Shown one piece after another: positions 1 through 9,404 of a stretch of DNA of 64,000 nucleotides. The position numbers and the translations under genes were made by a program. The stretch is from Ignavibacteriales bacterium. GTDB lineage: Bacteria; Bacteroidota; Ignavibacteria; UBA10030; UBA6906. The stretch spans positions 288,001 through 352,000 of the forward strand of contig JBBIRR010000001.1 in the NCBI GenBank assembly GCA_037441705.1, in the 5' to 3' direction. Every line of letters begins with the position of its first letter. Positions within the stretch are counted from its first letter, which is position 1. The notes beneath the pieces are model-generated. The model was not told the origin of the DNA. It saw only the letters and a program-made list of their open reading frames with translations, and did not search any database.

Positions 1-1
1 C

Positions 2-118
2 AGCGGAAGGGTAGTTTCGTTCCTTCAGGAGCAGTACGGGTATACCAACCTGTACAATCTCGCCGGGGGTATCTTAGCGTGGGCAGACCGAATTGACCCA
101 CGCGTCAGGAAGTATTGA
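2..118 (+). CDS. 3' end of a rhodanese-domain protein, probably MoeB/MoeZ-type (partial)
   Basis: Frame 2 reads SGRVVSFLQEQYGYTNLYNLAGGILAWADRIDPRVRKY-stop; NLxGGILAW...IDP is the typical C-terminus of MoeB-rhodanese fusions. Confidence 0.75.
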   Translation, partial: SGRVVSFLQEQYGYTNLYNLAGGILAWADRIDPRVRKY

Positions 119-364
119 GGAGCGAAGTCCGCAGTAAGCCTTCCACCGCTCCACGTAGAAACGCCGCCCCGTTTTTCTTCCGCCGACACACTCGCGCATG
201 CGGAACGCATGAAGCATGTGCCGTCCGCGCTACGCGAATTCCTTCCACAATGTGTCACACACACAGAATCTGTCGGGTGGCATAGGTGTTGCCGTTCCCC
301 TTTTTCCCGCGATGCATCAGCGCGCGGGCAATCCACATCTTACAACCAATCAACGGGAGGGTGT

Positions 365-2281
365 ATGAAGCGTTTGGTCAGGAACCTGTGGTGTGTGTTT
401 GTGGTCGCAGCAGGGGCGTTGCACGCCGTACGTGCCGATGACGACCCGAGTATCGTCATCACCTCACAGCCGGTCACGGTCGCTCGCGTTGGGCAGCCGT
501 ACGAGTACGACGTCGACGCCGTGGTGATTCGAGGCAGCGGCCTCATCCTTTTCGAGCTGCGTGATGCGCCGGCGGGCATGACGATTGACCCGCTCAGCGG
601 ATTGATTCAATGGATGCCGACGCAAACGGGCGCATTTCGTGTGAAGGTGCGGGCGGAAATTGAAGATGACTCGCCCACCGATGGCGGGCATGCCGACCAG
701 GAGTACACGCTGTTTGTGCTGAACGGCGCGCCGGCTGCGCTGCGCGGGACTGTTCGCTCGCTGTCAGGGGTTCCCGTCCCCAACGTCCGCCTTCGTCTGT
801 TCGAAATCACGTCGGCTCATTTCGTATTTGGCACGTTCAGCGACGCGCAGGGACGCTACAGCTTTCCCTCGGTCAACCCCGGTACGTACGTCATGCGCGT
901 GCAGCCGCGCGATAATCTCTTCGCCGATCAGTGGTACGATCGTGCACAGCGTATCGAAGATGCGACGCCGATCCCTATCCCCGAAACGACTACCGTTACC
1001 ATCAATGTAACGCTGTTGCCGCGGGATACGGTGCGTGATCGGTTCACACTCTCAGGTACGGTGCGCGATAGCGCTGCCGCTCCGATTCATCGAGCGGCGG
1101 TGTTCATCTTTCGCGCACGTCAGCATGACGATCGGGACGCGTCGGGATTCAACTTCGAAGGATTGGATGACCGCGATCGCGATCAGCGGCTCGAGGCAGT
1201 CGTCCTCACGGACTCTCTCGGCCGGTATCAGGCACTGCTTCGCTCGCGACGGTACATCCTAATGGCGTTCAAAGACGGATTCGACCGCCAGTTCTGGGAT
1301 CACAAATCCACCATCCTCGAAGCCGATCGGCTTCGTCTCATCAGCGACACGACAGGGATTGACTTTGATCTGCAGCGAACCGCATCGGCAAACGGGTCCA
1401 TCTCCGGCACCATCACCGCTGCAGGCACAACCCAGCCTGTGTCGTCGCACGTGGTCGGGTTTCATCGTGCCACGCCGGACGGACGATTCTCGGGCTTCGT
1501 GCGTCACGCTGTAACGGACTCGGCCGGACGGTACACGCTTGCACGGCTACGGTCGGGTTTCTATATCGTGCTGGCACTGCCGCACGGAGATTTCCTCCCA
1601 ACATTTTACGATACATCCGGCGGCACACTCCAGCTTGCACATGCCTTTCCCGTGCCTGTCTCGCAAGCGCCCGTCAGCGGCATCGATATCGGCGTCTTTC
1701 CGGATACGATCACCGGGATGAATCGCGTGCGTGGTATTGTTGTGCAGAACGGCCGTCCGCTGCAAGGCTCGATCATCTATGCCATCGCGCAACACAACGG
1801 CAATCCACTCGGTGCTGCAGTTTCGGAAAGCGACGGGCGCTTTGCGATTGTGGGCCTGACGCCGGGCGCGTATCGCCTGCAAGCCATGAAACCCGGCTTC
1901 GCACAAACGATCACCACGCCGTTCACGCTCGTGCAGCAATCGGGCTTGCCTGCGACTGCAACGTCGAACATTACGCTCATCGAAAGCCCGACGGATGCGC
2001 GGCCCGGACAGGAACCCTTCGCGTTTCAGCTCATGCAGAATTACCCGAATCCTTTCAACCCATCAACCCGCATCACGTTCTCGCTTCATGTCGCTGGACT
2101 TGCGTCGCTGCAGGTATTCGACCTTCTGGGTCGGGAAGTTGCGGTGTTGGTGAATGAGGTCCTTCAACCGGACACGTACACGGTGGAATTCTCAGGATCG
2201 AATCTGGCCAGCGGCGTGTACTACTATCGTCTCAAGGCAGGCGGCTTCGTCGAGACGAGGAAGATGCTTCTGATTCGTTGA
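365..2281 (+). CDS. Secreted T9SS cargo protein: putative Ig (He_PIG-like) domain, several carboxypeptidase-regulatory-like beta-sandwich repeats, C-terminal sorting domain
   Basis: GGGAGG SD before ATG 365; signal peptide MKRLVRNLWCVFVVAAGALHA; APAGMTIDPLSGLIQWMP Ig motif; repeated SGTV...TDSxGRY; ends QNYPNPFNPSTRI...GVYYYRL. Confidence 0.8.
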   Translation: MKRLVRNLWCVFVVAAGALHAVRADDDPSIVITSQPVTVARVGQPYEYDVDAVVIRGSGLILFELRDAPAGMTIDPLSGLIQWMPTQTGAFRVKVRAEIEDDSPTDGGHADQEYTLFVLNGAPAALRGTVRSLSGVPVPNVRLRLFEITSAHFVFGTFSDAQGRYSFPSVNPGTYVMRVQPRDNLFADQWYDRAQRIEDATPIPIPETTTVTINVTLLPRDTVRDRFTLSGTVRDSAAAPIHRAAVFIFRARQHDDRDASGFNFEGLDDRDRDQRLEAVVLTDSLGRYQALLRSRRYILMAFKDGFDRQFWDHKSTILEADRLRLISDTTGIDFDLQRTASANGSISGTITAAGTTQPVSSHVVGFHRATPDGRFSGFVRHAVTDSAGRYTLARLRSGFYIVLALPHGDFLPTFYDTSGGTLQLAHAFPVPVSQAPVSGIDIGVFPDTITGMNRVRGIVVQNGRPLQGSIIYAIAQHNGNPLGAAVSESDGRFAIVGLTPGAYRLQAMKPGFAQTITTPFTLVQQSGLPATATSNITLIESPTDARPGQEPFAFQLMQNYPNPFNPSTRITFSLHVAGLASLQVFDLLGREVAVLVNEVLQPDTYTVEFSGSNLASGVYYYRLKAGGFVETRKMLLIR

Positions 2282-2334
2282 GCAAGAGGTTTCCTTCGCA
2301 ACATTCTCCGGAGGCTGACCAAAAAGTAGTACCA

Positions 2335-2426
2335 CGTCATTCTGAGCCTCGTTTCTCAGAGGCGAAGAATCCAGAACCGAGCCATTTACTGGATTCGTCA
2401 CTCCGCTTCGCTCCGTTCAGAATGAC
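2335..2426. repeat. CGTC-tagged palindromic REP-like element
   Basis: CGTCATTCTGA at 2335 pairs with TCAGAATGAC ending at 2426; internal GAATCCAG/CTGGATTC stem; intergenic. Confidence 0.7.
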
Positions 2427-2621
2427 AATGGTTTCTTTTTGTACAGCCTCTCTTGTTTGAAATCCTTCCGAGCACAGCCTCTATTTTGTTGCAATTTTGT
2501 TACCTTTGCCTGTAACCGAAACCATTCCATTTCTGCACACGCTCTCGCGAATCTCCCATCACAAAAATTCGTATGAGAGTCTGAGGAAGCGACGAACAAA
2601 CCTTAGGAGAAGGAGCCGCCC

Positions 2622-3605
2622 ATGGAACCCCACGTTGTTCTCGGATTTCGCGACGAGTTGGTCGAACGAAGGCAGAAGTTAGAACATGCACTCACCCATA
2701 CGGATCAGAACGAGAACCTGCAACGCTTGCTGCAAGAAGTGGACGCAGCACTGGAACGAATTGCAGCAGGAACGTTCGGCATCTGTGAGACCTGCCATGA
2801 AGCCATTGAAGTAGACCGCTTGCGCGTAGACCCCTTGATCCGCAACTGCCTCGATCATCTCACCGCCGCTGAACAGCGGGCGCTGGAGCGCGACCTCGAC
2901 CTGGCATTTCAAATCCAGCGGGGATTGTTGCCGAAAAATCACCTGCAGCACGGCTGCTGGAGTGCAGCCTATCACTATGAGCCTGCGGCGCATGTGAGCG
3001 GCGACTACTGCGATATCATCATTCCGGAATCCGACGGAGGGCGGATGTTCTTTTTTGTTGGTGATGTTGCAGGCAAAGGTGTGGCGGCCTCGATTCTCAT
3101 GGGGCATCTCCACGCCATGTTTCGCAGTCTGCCGATGACGCAGATGCCGCTCGGCGGATTGGTGGCACGAGCCAATCGCATCTTCTGCGATGGAACACCT
3201 GCCGGGCACTACGCCACGCTTATCTCAGGAACCACAACGCTCAACGGCGAAGTGGAGCTGAACAATGCGGGCCATCCTTCGCCGTTCATTCTGACTCGCG
3301 ACGGCGTGCGACCCATCCCGTCCATGACGACGCCGATCGGATTGTTCTGCCAGAACGATTTCCCAACAACACGGTTTACTCTCCAGCCCGGCGAAAGCCT
3401 TGTCGTGTACACCGACGGCCTGACGGAAGCAACGAACGGTTCGGGCGAGCAGTACGGAGAGAAACGCCTGGCCGACGTGTTGCTTCATCACGTGCGATCG
3501 TCTCCTCGGGAGATTCTCGAGGCGTGTGTTGACGACCTGAAGGCATTCAAAGGAAAGACAACGAAGTCCGACGACCTGACGATCCTTGTGCTGCAGCGAG
3601 CGTAG
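2622..3605 (+). CDS. SpoIIE/RsbU-type PP2C phosphatase with N-terminal DksA/TraR-like zinc finger
   Basis: SGDYCD, GDVAGKG, NAGHP, YTDGLTEA and DDLT PP2C motifs; N-terminal ALERIAAGTFGICETC...CLDH; AAGGAG SD. Confidence 0.85.
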   Translation: MEPHVVLGFRDELVERRQKLEHALTHTDQNENLQRLLQEVDAALERIAAGTFGICETCHEAIEVDRLRVDPLIRNCLDHLTAAEQRALERDLDLAFQIQRGLLPKNHLQHGCWSAAYHYEPAAHVSGDYCDIIIPESDGGRMFFFVGDVAGKGVAASILMGHLHAMFRSLPMTQMPLGGLVARANRIFCDGTPAGHYATLISGTTTLNGEVELNNAGHPSPFILTRDGVRPIPSMTTPIGLFCQNDFPTTRFTLQPGESLVVYTDGLTEATNGSGEQYGEKRLADVLLHHVRSSPREILEACVDDLKAFKGKTTKSDDLTILVLQRA

Positions 3606-3607
3606 CC

Positions 3608-4180
3608 CTACACGCGCTTGACGGTGACGCGGTCAACGTATTTCACTTTCTCGGTATCAACCCGCACCGTGTCTCCCGTCTCCACAAACTGCGGCACCAT
3701 GATCTCGATGCCGTTTTCGAGCTTCGCGGGCTTAAGGGTGTTATCATGCTCGCCGCGGAGGCCGGGCCCTGTGGCATCCACTTTCAACTCCACGACTTTC
3801 GGAAACTGCACCGCGACGGCCTCGTCGCCCAGCAATTCGACCGTGACGCGCATTCCCTCCTTCATGAACTTCACCGCCTGACCGATGGAAGGAAGAGGAA
3901 TGCCCACCTGCTCAAACGTCTCCGGGTCCATGAAGTAGCACTGCTCGTTGTCGGCGTAGAGGAAATCCATCGGACGCTTGCGCAGTTCAACGTCCTCCAA
4001 CTTGTCGGCGTGTTTGAACCGCCGTTCGGCGAAATGCCCGAAGCGTACATCATGCAGCTTCAACTCGATAAACCCCTGCATTTGCCCACTGCCGGAATGA
4101 CGAATCACCTCGAGAACTTTGTACAGCTTGCCGTCCAGATGAATTGCCGTTCCGGGTTTCACATCAGAGGCGAGTACCAT
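3608..4180 (-). CDS. efp: Elongation factor P family protein with non-canonical tip loop
   Basis: FMDPETFEQ, KPAKLENG and VPQFVETGD motifs; AAGGAGG SD; tip loop reads HSGSGQMQG rather than PGKG. Confidence 0.85.
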   Translation of the reverse strand: MVLASDVKPGTAIHLDGKLYKVLEVIRHSGSGQMQGFIELKLHDVRFGHFAERRFKHADKLEDVELRKRPMDFLYADNEQCYFMDPETFEQVGIPLPSIGQAVKFMKEGMRVTVELLGDEAVAVQFPKVVELKVDATGPGLRGEHDNTLKPAKLENGIEIMVPQFVETGDTVRVDTEKVKYVDRVTVKRV

Positions 4181-4388
4181 GATGACCTCCTTTGCTCGGC
4201 ATTAGGTTGCAGATGAAAACTATTGAGGCACAAGGGGAAAGTCAAGATGTCAACGAGGAGAACCACACCCCGGCATCGACTTGCCTGCAGCGCGCAAAGC
4301 TGAGGCCGGGGAGGGAAACCACAAAGCTTAGCTTACACGTGTACGTGAAGGGCAAAATTCACCAACGCAAGTGCTGAATGACGCGCCC

Positions 4389-4547
4389 GCTCCGTAGGAG
4401 CGGCACTGTTTGTAGAACTCAAGGGCAACGACTTGCCTCAAGCCCCAGCGGGGCGACCTATTCATGTTCGAGGAAACAGGTCGCCCCTGCGGGGCTGATT
4501 TTGTTTTCCTGTTGCGGGTACTACAAACAGGTCGTCCCTTCGGGACT
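4389..4547. repeat. Cluster of four related REP-like palindromes, two in each orientation (BIME-like)
   Basis: GCTCCGTAGGAGCGGCACTGTTTGTAG (4389), AGCCCCAGCGGGGCGACCT (4441), CAGGTCGCCCCTGCGGGGCT (4477), CTACAAACAGGTCGTCCCTTCGGGACT (4521). Confidence 0.75.
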
Positions 4548-4587
4548 CACATAACAGCGTAGGGGGTAACGGCGATTGTTGAAACGA

Positions 4588-6309
4588 TCAATACCTCCAA
4601 CTCGTCACGTCCGCCCCCTTCGGTGCTGTCTTCAATATCCGTTCAACCGCTCGCGGGATGAACATCTGATGATAGCGCAGACGTGAGATGGCGTTGGGGC
4701 GCGTGTGGTCGCCGTTCCAGCAATGTTCCGCACGCGGCTCGTAATCCACCTCGCCGGCATAGTACGGATAGGTTGTGCTCTCCAGAAACTCTTCGATGAG
4801 ATACACCGCGTTGTTCAAGAAAAAATTATCCGCCTCGCCGCAGTAGATGTGAATCTTCCCCTCCAACTTTTTTCCCAATCCCTTGTGCCAGTCGCGGCGG
4901 AGAATGGCGCTGAGATCGTAGTGCTCGCGCCAGTACGCTGCAACCGTACGATCGATCTTCCCGGTGAGCTTGTCCCAAATCGGCTTTGGGTAGCCGTCGT
5001 CGCCGACGGGACCGAAGACGGCCTGCCAGATATCCCACTGCTCGCCGGAGCGAGCGTTCGTGCCGAGCGCAAGCTCGTAGTGATTTGCCTCCTCGAGTGT
5101 GGCGAGCGTTTCGCCAAGATAATTGCGCGTGGCGGGACGTGGCGTGTGTTTCCATTTGCTGTCATAGTAGTACGCATTCTCGTGCTCGTACACATTCACA
5201 ACACCGTACGCGCGGAAATCCACCGGGTCGGGACACGCGGCGTAGCAGCCGTTGAATTCGTCGGGATAGAATATCTGCACCGCAAGGGCTTCCCAACCGC
5301 CCGTCGAGCCGCCGTAGACGAAGCGCGACCAGCCCGTGCCGAGACAGCGGAATGTTTTCTCTACAAAAGGAATCAGCTCGTACATGATTGCGTCGCCGTA
5401 GGGACCGAGGTTCGCCGAGTTGACGGCATAGGAGTCGTCGTAGTACGGGTTGGCGTGCTGAATTTCGATCGCAACCACACGAGGAAAGTTTGGTCCCGTC
5501 CATTCTTTGAAGAACTCGTACGCGTACATCTCCACAATCTTATTGTAATCGTGAAGTTTGAAGCGCTTGCTGTACTCTCCCTTCATCGCTGCCGTGTCCG
5601 GCCTGGTCTCACGGAAACCGCCGAACGTGTACGGAAAATGTCCGTGAAAGATCATCAGCGGATAGCGCGCCTGTGGATGCGTGTCGAATCCTTCGGGCAG
5701 AAGCACATTGGCGCCAAGGAACATCGGGCGTCCCCAGAATTTTGTGAGGCGATCGCTTTGAATACGCACATGCTTGATGTACTTCGTATCCTTCGGCGGC
5801 TTGATGGGGGGAATCTCCTGATCGAGCACGATGCTGACGGTTTCGGTGCGCGAAGGGTCAATCCACATTTTCTTTGGCGTGCTATAGAGATTGCCCGGAG
5901 CGCGGTTCCAGTGTTGGCCTTCTCCTCTATCCATCGGCAGTTTCACGGTGTGGCCGTCGGCGCGTTTGAACGTCTCGTACCTGTGCAGAAGTCCCTGTAC
6001 CCAATACCATCCCGGGGGAATCGCCGCGATGGTACGGACGGGAAACCCGAATGCTCCTTCACCCACAACCGCAGGGGCGCTTGGTTTCCATCCATCAACA
6101 TCCATCCCGAACACCTGCTGCGTTTCCGGTCCCTCATTGATCTGGAAGCGCGGCTCGGCGGTGCTGTCGGTCGAGATCATCAGCAGCAGCCGGCCGTCGA
6201 GCGCGGTGCGACTGCGTTCCGCCGGGAAGGAAATTGCAAAGCGAAGTGCCGCCGATTGAGCAACGATCGGTGCCGACACGAACAAGCAGAACAGGAGAAG
6301 TTTCTTCAT
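4588..6309 (-). CDS. Secreted alpha/beta-hydrolase (putative esterase)
   Basis: Signal peptide MKKLLLFCLFVSAPIVA; nucleophile elbow GGSTGG; LLPEGFD..YPL and GPYGDAI motifs. Confidence 0.75.
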   Translation of the reverse strand: MKKLLLFCLFVSAPIVAQSAALRFAISFPAERSRTALDGRLLLMISTDSTAEPRFQINEGPETQQVFGMDVDGWKPSAPAVVGEGAFGFPVRTIAAIPPGWYWVQGLLHRYETFKRADGHTVKLPMDRGEGQHWNRAPGNLYSTPKKMWIDPSRTETVSIVLDQEIPPIKPPKDTKYIKHVRIQSDRLTKFWGRPMFLGANVLLPEGFDTHPQARYPLMIFHGHFPYTFGGFRETRPDTAAMKGEYSKRFKLHDYNKIVEMYAYEFFKEWTGPNFPRVVAIEIQHANPYYDDSYAVNSANLGPYGDAIMYELIPFVEKTFRCLGTGWSRFVYGGSTGGWEALAVQIFYPDEFNGCYAACPDPVDFRAYGVVNVYEHENAYYYDSKWKHTPRPATRNYLGETLATLEEANHYELALGTNARSGEQWDIWQAVFGPVGDDGYPKPIWDKLTGKIDRTVAAYWREHYDLSAILRRDWHKGLGKKLEGKIHIYCGEADNFFLNNAVYLIEEFLESTTYPYYAGEVDYEPRAEHCWNGDHTRPNAISRLRYHQMFIPRAVERILKTAPKGADVTSWRY

Positions 6310-6501
6310 AGATGACTCCGTGGTACATGTGTGATGGTTTCCAGAGTAAACGTCAAGAAAGTAGAAAAAGAAGATTCAATTCAAAAGCCGGAAGGAACCA
6401 TGCCTGCATGAAGATGTGGGGCAGAGCCTGCAACAGAGGCGGCTCCATTTGCGTCAAAGCATCCGAACTTGAACAACCACAAATCCGAAAGGCAGGAATC
6501 C

Positions 6502-6960
6502 ATGCGACGACTGACGAAACTCGTTATGGGCCTTGCGCTGACAATGTCAGCATACGCTGCATCAGCGCAGGCGGAGGAACCCCGCGCGGGCATGCGCCCC
6601 TTCGCGGCGGCGGACGTTTATCGCACATTCGACATCAAACGATACGAAAAGAATTTTGCGCAGACGCTGTCGCACCCTGTGCCGATGATTGTCGAGTCGG
6701 CGCTGGCGCAGGTCGTGATGCTGAAGCTTTCGCAACCCCAAGCCGCATGCACCGAATGGCGGAACAGGATCGGGATTCTCGCTCAGGAAGGCGCAACACC
6801 GGGCGTACGCTACAAAGCCTATCTTGCTACGATGGCGTTCGATCAGCCGGAACAGTTCGCTCACATCCCGTCCGGCACCTACCGCACGATTGACGACATG
6901 TTCATGGCACTCGCCGATGAGGTTCAACGCGTGGCGTTCACGTCGCGAGACGTGCAGTGA
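6502..6960 (+). CDS. Secreted hypothetical alpha-helical protein
   Basis: AGGA SD before ATG 6502; signal peptide ending AQA; helical, HEAT-like pattern. Confidence 0.65.
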   Translation: MRRLTKLVMGLALTMSAYAASAQAEEPRAGMRPFAAADVYRTFDIKRYEKNFAQTLSHPVPMIVESALAQVVMLKLSQPQAACTEWRNRIGILAQEGATPGVRYKAYLATMAFDQPEQFAHIPSGTYRTIDDMFMALADEVQRVAFTSRDVQ

Positions 6961-7038
6961 TGGGCAGCCCTGGCCTTCTTCACTACGAAAAAGGCCCTGC
7001 CCGAGGAACGTTCGTGATGGTTGAGGAGAGGGTGTCGG

Positions 7039-7704
7039 CTAACGCGTTTCGCTTGCCCGATGTTTCACCACACGCGCTTCGGCCATGAAGATGACCTCCT
7101 CGGCGATGTTGGTGGCGAGATCGGCGACACGCTCGAGGTTCCGGCTGATGCGGATCAACTCGAGCGCCTCGGTAATCGTGTCGGGACTTTTTTGCATGAT
7201 CACGATGAGGTCATCAACGACTTTGCGATTGAGGTCGTCAATGGCATCGTCGCTGTTGAGCACTTTGTGCGCAAGCTCGGGATTGATCTGAATGAAACCG
7301 TCAATGGCATCGCGCAGCATCATTTTGGTGATGTCGGCCATCTTCGGGATGTCAATCAGCGGTTTGACCGGAGGATGATCGGCGCACTTGATGGCGGACT
7401 CGGCGATGTTCACCGCATGGTCGCCGATGCGTTCGAGATCGTTGTTGATCTTCGACGCAGCGAGAATGAAGCGCAGATCCGTGGCCACGGGCTGCTGCAG
7501 CGCGAGAATGTCGATCACCGCATCGTCGATCTCGATCTCCAGAGAGTTGATGCGTTGTTCCTTTGCGACCACCTGCTGGGCGAGCTGCTTATCCCGCTGC
7601 AGCACCGCGCGGATGGAGTCGGCGATTGCTTCCTCTGCGAAGCTCGCCATCTTGATCAAATTCGTCTTGAGCATTTCCAGCTCGTGCACAAAATGCCGTT
7701 GCAT
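7039..7704 (-). CDS. phoU: Phosphate signaling complex protein PhoU
   Basis: QQPVATDLR, DLERIGDHAVNIAE, NLERVADLATNIAE; last gene of the pst operon. Confidence 0.95.
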   Translation of the reverse strand: MQRHFVHELEMLKTNLIKMASFAEEAIADSIRAVLQRDKQLAQQVVAKEQRINSLEIEIDDAVIDILALQQPVATDLRFILAASKINNDLERIGDHAVNIAESAIKCADHPPVKPLIDIPKMADITKMMLRDAIDGFIQINPELAHKVLNSDDAIDDLNRKVVDDLIVIMQKSPDTITEALELIRISRNLERVADLATNIAEEVIFMAEARVVKHRASETR

Positions 7705-7721
7705 GATCTCGTCTCGCTGAA

Positions 7722-8486
7722 TTATCCGAACCGTCCGGTGATATACTCTTCCGTGTGTTTCTTCTCGGGGGTGGTAAACATGCGTTTGGTTTCGCCAAAC
7801 TCGATCAACTCTCCCATATAGAAGAACGCCGTGAAATCGCTGACGCGCGCGGCCTGCTGCATGTTGTGAGTAACGATAACGATTGTGTAGTTCTCCTTCA
7901 ACTCGTAGATGAGTTCCTCGATCTTTGCCGTCGCAATGGGATCGAGGGCGCTGGCCGGCTCATCCATGAGCAGCACTTCCGGGTCAACCGCCAGGGCACG
8001 CGCGATGCACAGGCGTTGCTGCTGACCGCCCGACAGGGCAAGGCCGCTTTTCTTCAGGTCGTCTTTCACCTCATCCCATAGCGCCGCGCGCCGCAACGAG
8101 CGTTCGACAATTTCATCCAGCTGCGCGCGCTCACGGATGCCGTTGATGCGCGGGCCGTAGGCGACGTTTTCATAAATGGATTTGGGAAACGGATTGGATT
8201 TCTGGAAAATCATCCCGACACGTTTGCGCAGTTCCACCACATCCACCCCGGTGTCATAGATGTTCACGCCGTCAATCAATACCGTTCCCTCAATCCTGAC
8301 GCCGTCGATGAGTTCGTTCATCCGATTGAGCGTGCGGAGGAAGGTGGACTTGCCGCAGCCGGACGGCCCGATGAACGCCGTGACCTGATGCGACGGAATC
8401 TGCATGCTGATGTTCTTCAGCGCCTGCTTTGGCCCGTAGAAGAGATTCAGATCGTGTGTGACAATTTTGATCGAAGGATGCGTCAT
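7722..8486 (-). CDS. pstB: Phosphate ABC transporter ATP-binding protein
   Basis: [43 protein letters not shown]. Confidence 0.97.
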   Translation of the reverse strand: MTHPSIKIVTHDLNLFYGPKQALKNISMQIPSHQVTAFIGPSGCGKSTFLRTLNRMNELIDGVRIEGTVLIDGVNIYDTGVDVVELRKRVGMIFQKSNPFPKSIYENVAYGPRINGIRERAQLDEIVERSLRRAALWDEVKDDLKKSGLALSGGQQQRLCIARALAVDPEVLLMDEPASALDPIATAKIEELIYELKENYTIVIVTHNMQQAARVSDFTAFFYMGELIEFGETKRMFTTPEKKHTEEYITGRFG

Positions 8487-8497
8487 GGATAATCCAT

Positions 8498-9403
8498 CTA
8501 CTGAAGTTGTCTTGACCGCACACGCGATCGCAGGAGGATGGCGGAGAAGTTCAGCACAAAGGTCAACATCAGCAACACCAAGGTTGTTGCGTACTGGATT
8601 CCCCGCGTCGCCTCGACGTTCGTGGATTGTGTGGACATGATGTAAATGTGATAGCCGAGATGCATGAACTGACTGGACAGCGCATCCGGCAGTTCAGGAA
8701 GGAAATACGCAGCGCCCGTGAACAGAATCGGCGCCACTTCCCCTGCCCCGCGACTCACCGCAAGAATGCCGCCGGTGAGAATGCCGTTGAGCGAATTGGG
8801 AATCACCACTTTCCAGACCGTCTGCCATCGTGTGGCGCCAACGGCGAGACTCGCCGCACGCAATTCCTGCGGGACGTTCTTGATCGCTTCCTCAACCGAA
8901 ACGATCACAACGGGCAGCGTCAGCAATGCCATCGTGAGACTTGCCCAGAGGATGTTGGGCTGTGCCCATCGCAGCCTCACCCCGTCGGTGAACATCCTGT
9001 CCATGCCGGTGCCGATGAACTGCACGAAGAAGCCGAGGCCGAACAACCCGAAGACGATCGAGGGTACGCCTGCCAGTGTGTTGACGGCGAAGCGAATGGC
9101 GCGCGCAATCACCGAGCGTTGATGGGCATACTCGCTGAGATACACCGCCGTAATCGCGCCGGCGGGAACGCCCGCCACCGACATCAGCAACACCAACAGC
9201 ACCGTGCCGACAATCGCGGGGAAGATGCCGCCGGCTGTCATGCCCTCTCTCGGCGCGGTGGTAAGAAACTCCCAGCTCAGCGTGTCTTTCCCGCCCATCA
9301 CGATGGTCAGCGATATTAGAACCATCGCAGCAACAATCGCCAGAGTTGCCGCGGCGCTGGTGCCGATCACTCCTAATCCGATGAGGCGTCGTTTCAAATT
9401 CAT
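8498..9403 (-). CDS. pstA: Phosphate ABC transporter permease PstA
   Basis: [13 protein letters not shown] and SRGAGEVAP; start moved to ATG 9403, which has a GGGGAG SD. Confidence 0.92.
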   Translation of the reverse strand: MNLKRRLIGLGVIGTSAAATLAIVAAMVLISLTIVMGGKDTLSWEFLTTAPREGMTAGGIFPAIVGTVLLVLLMSVAGVPAGAITAVYLSEYAHQRSVIARAIRFAVNTLAGVPSIVFGLFGLGFFVQFIGTGMDRMFTDGVRLRWAQPNILWASLTMALLTLPVVIVSVEEAIKNVPQELRAASLAVGATRWQTVWKVVIPNSLNGILTGGILAVSRGAGEVAPILFTGAAYFLPELPDALSSQFMHLGYHIYIMSTQSTNVEATRGIQYATTLVLLMLTFVLNFSAILLRSRVRSRQLQ

Positions 9404-9404
9404 C

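Noticed and set aside
209-364. Longer N-terminus for the first T9SS protein
   Set aside because: The SD and signal peptide point to ATG 365
4389-4547. Possible mini CRISPR array
   Set aside because: Repeats are degenerate, self-complementary and in opposite orientations; no cas genes
4705-6315. 536-aa plus-strand ORF
   Set aside because: Antisense shadow of the esterase gene; no motifs or SD
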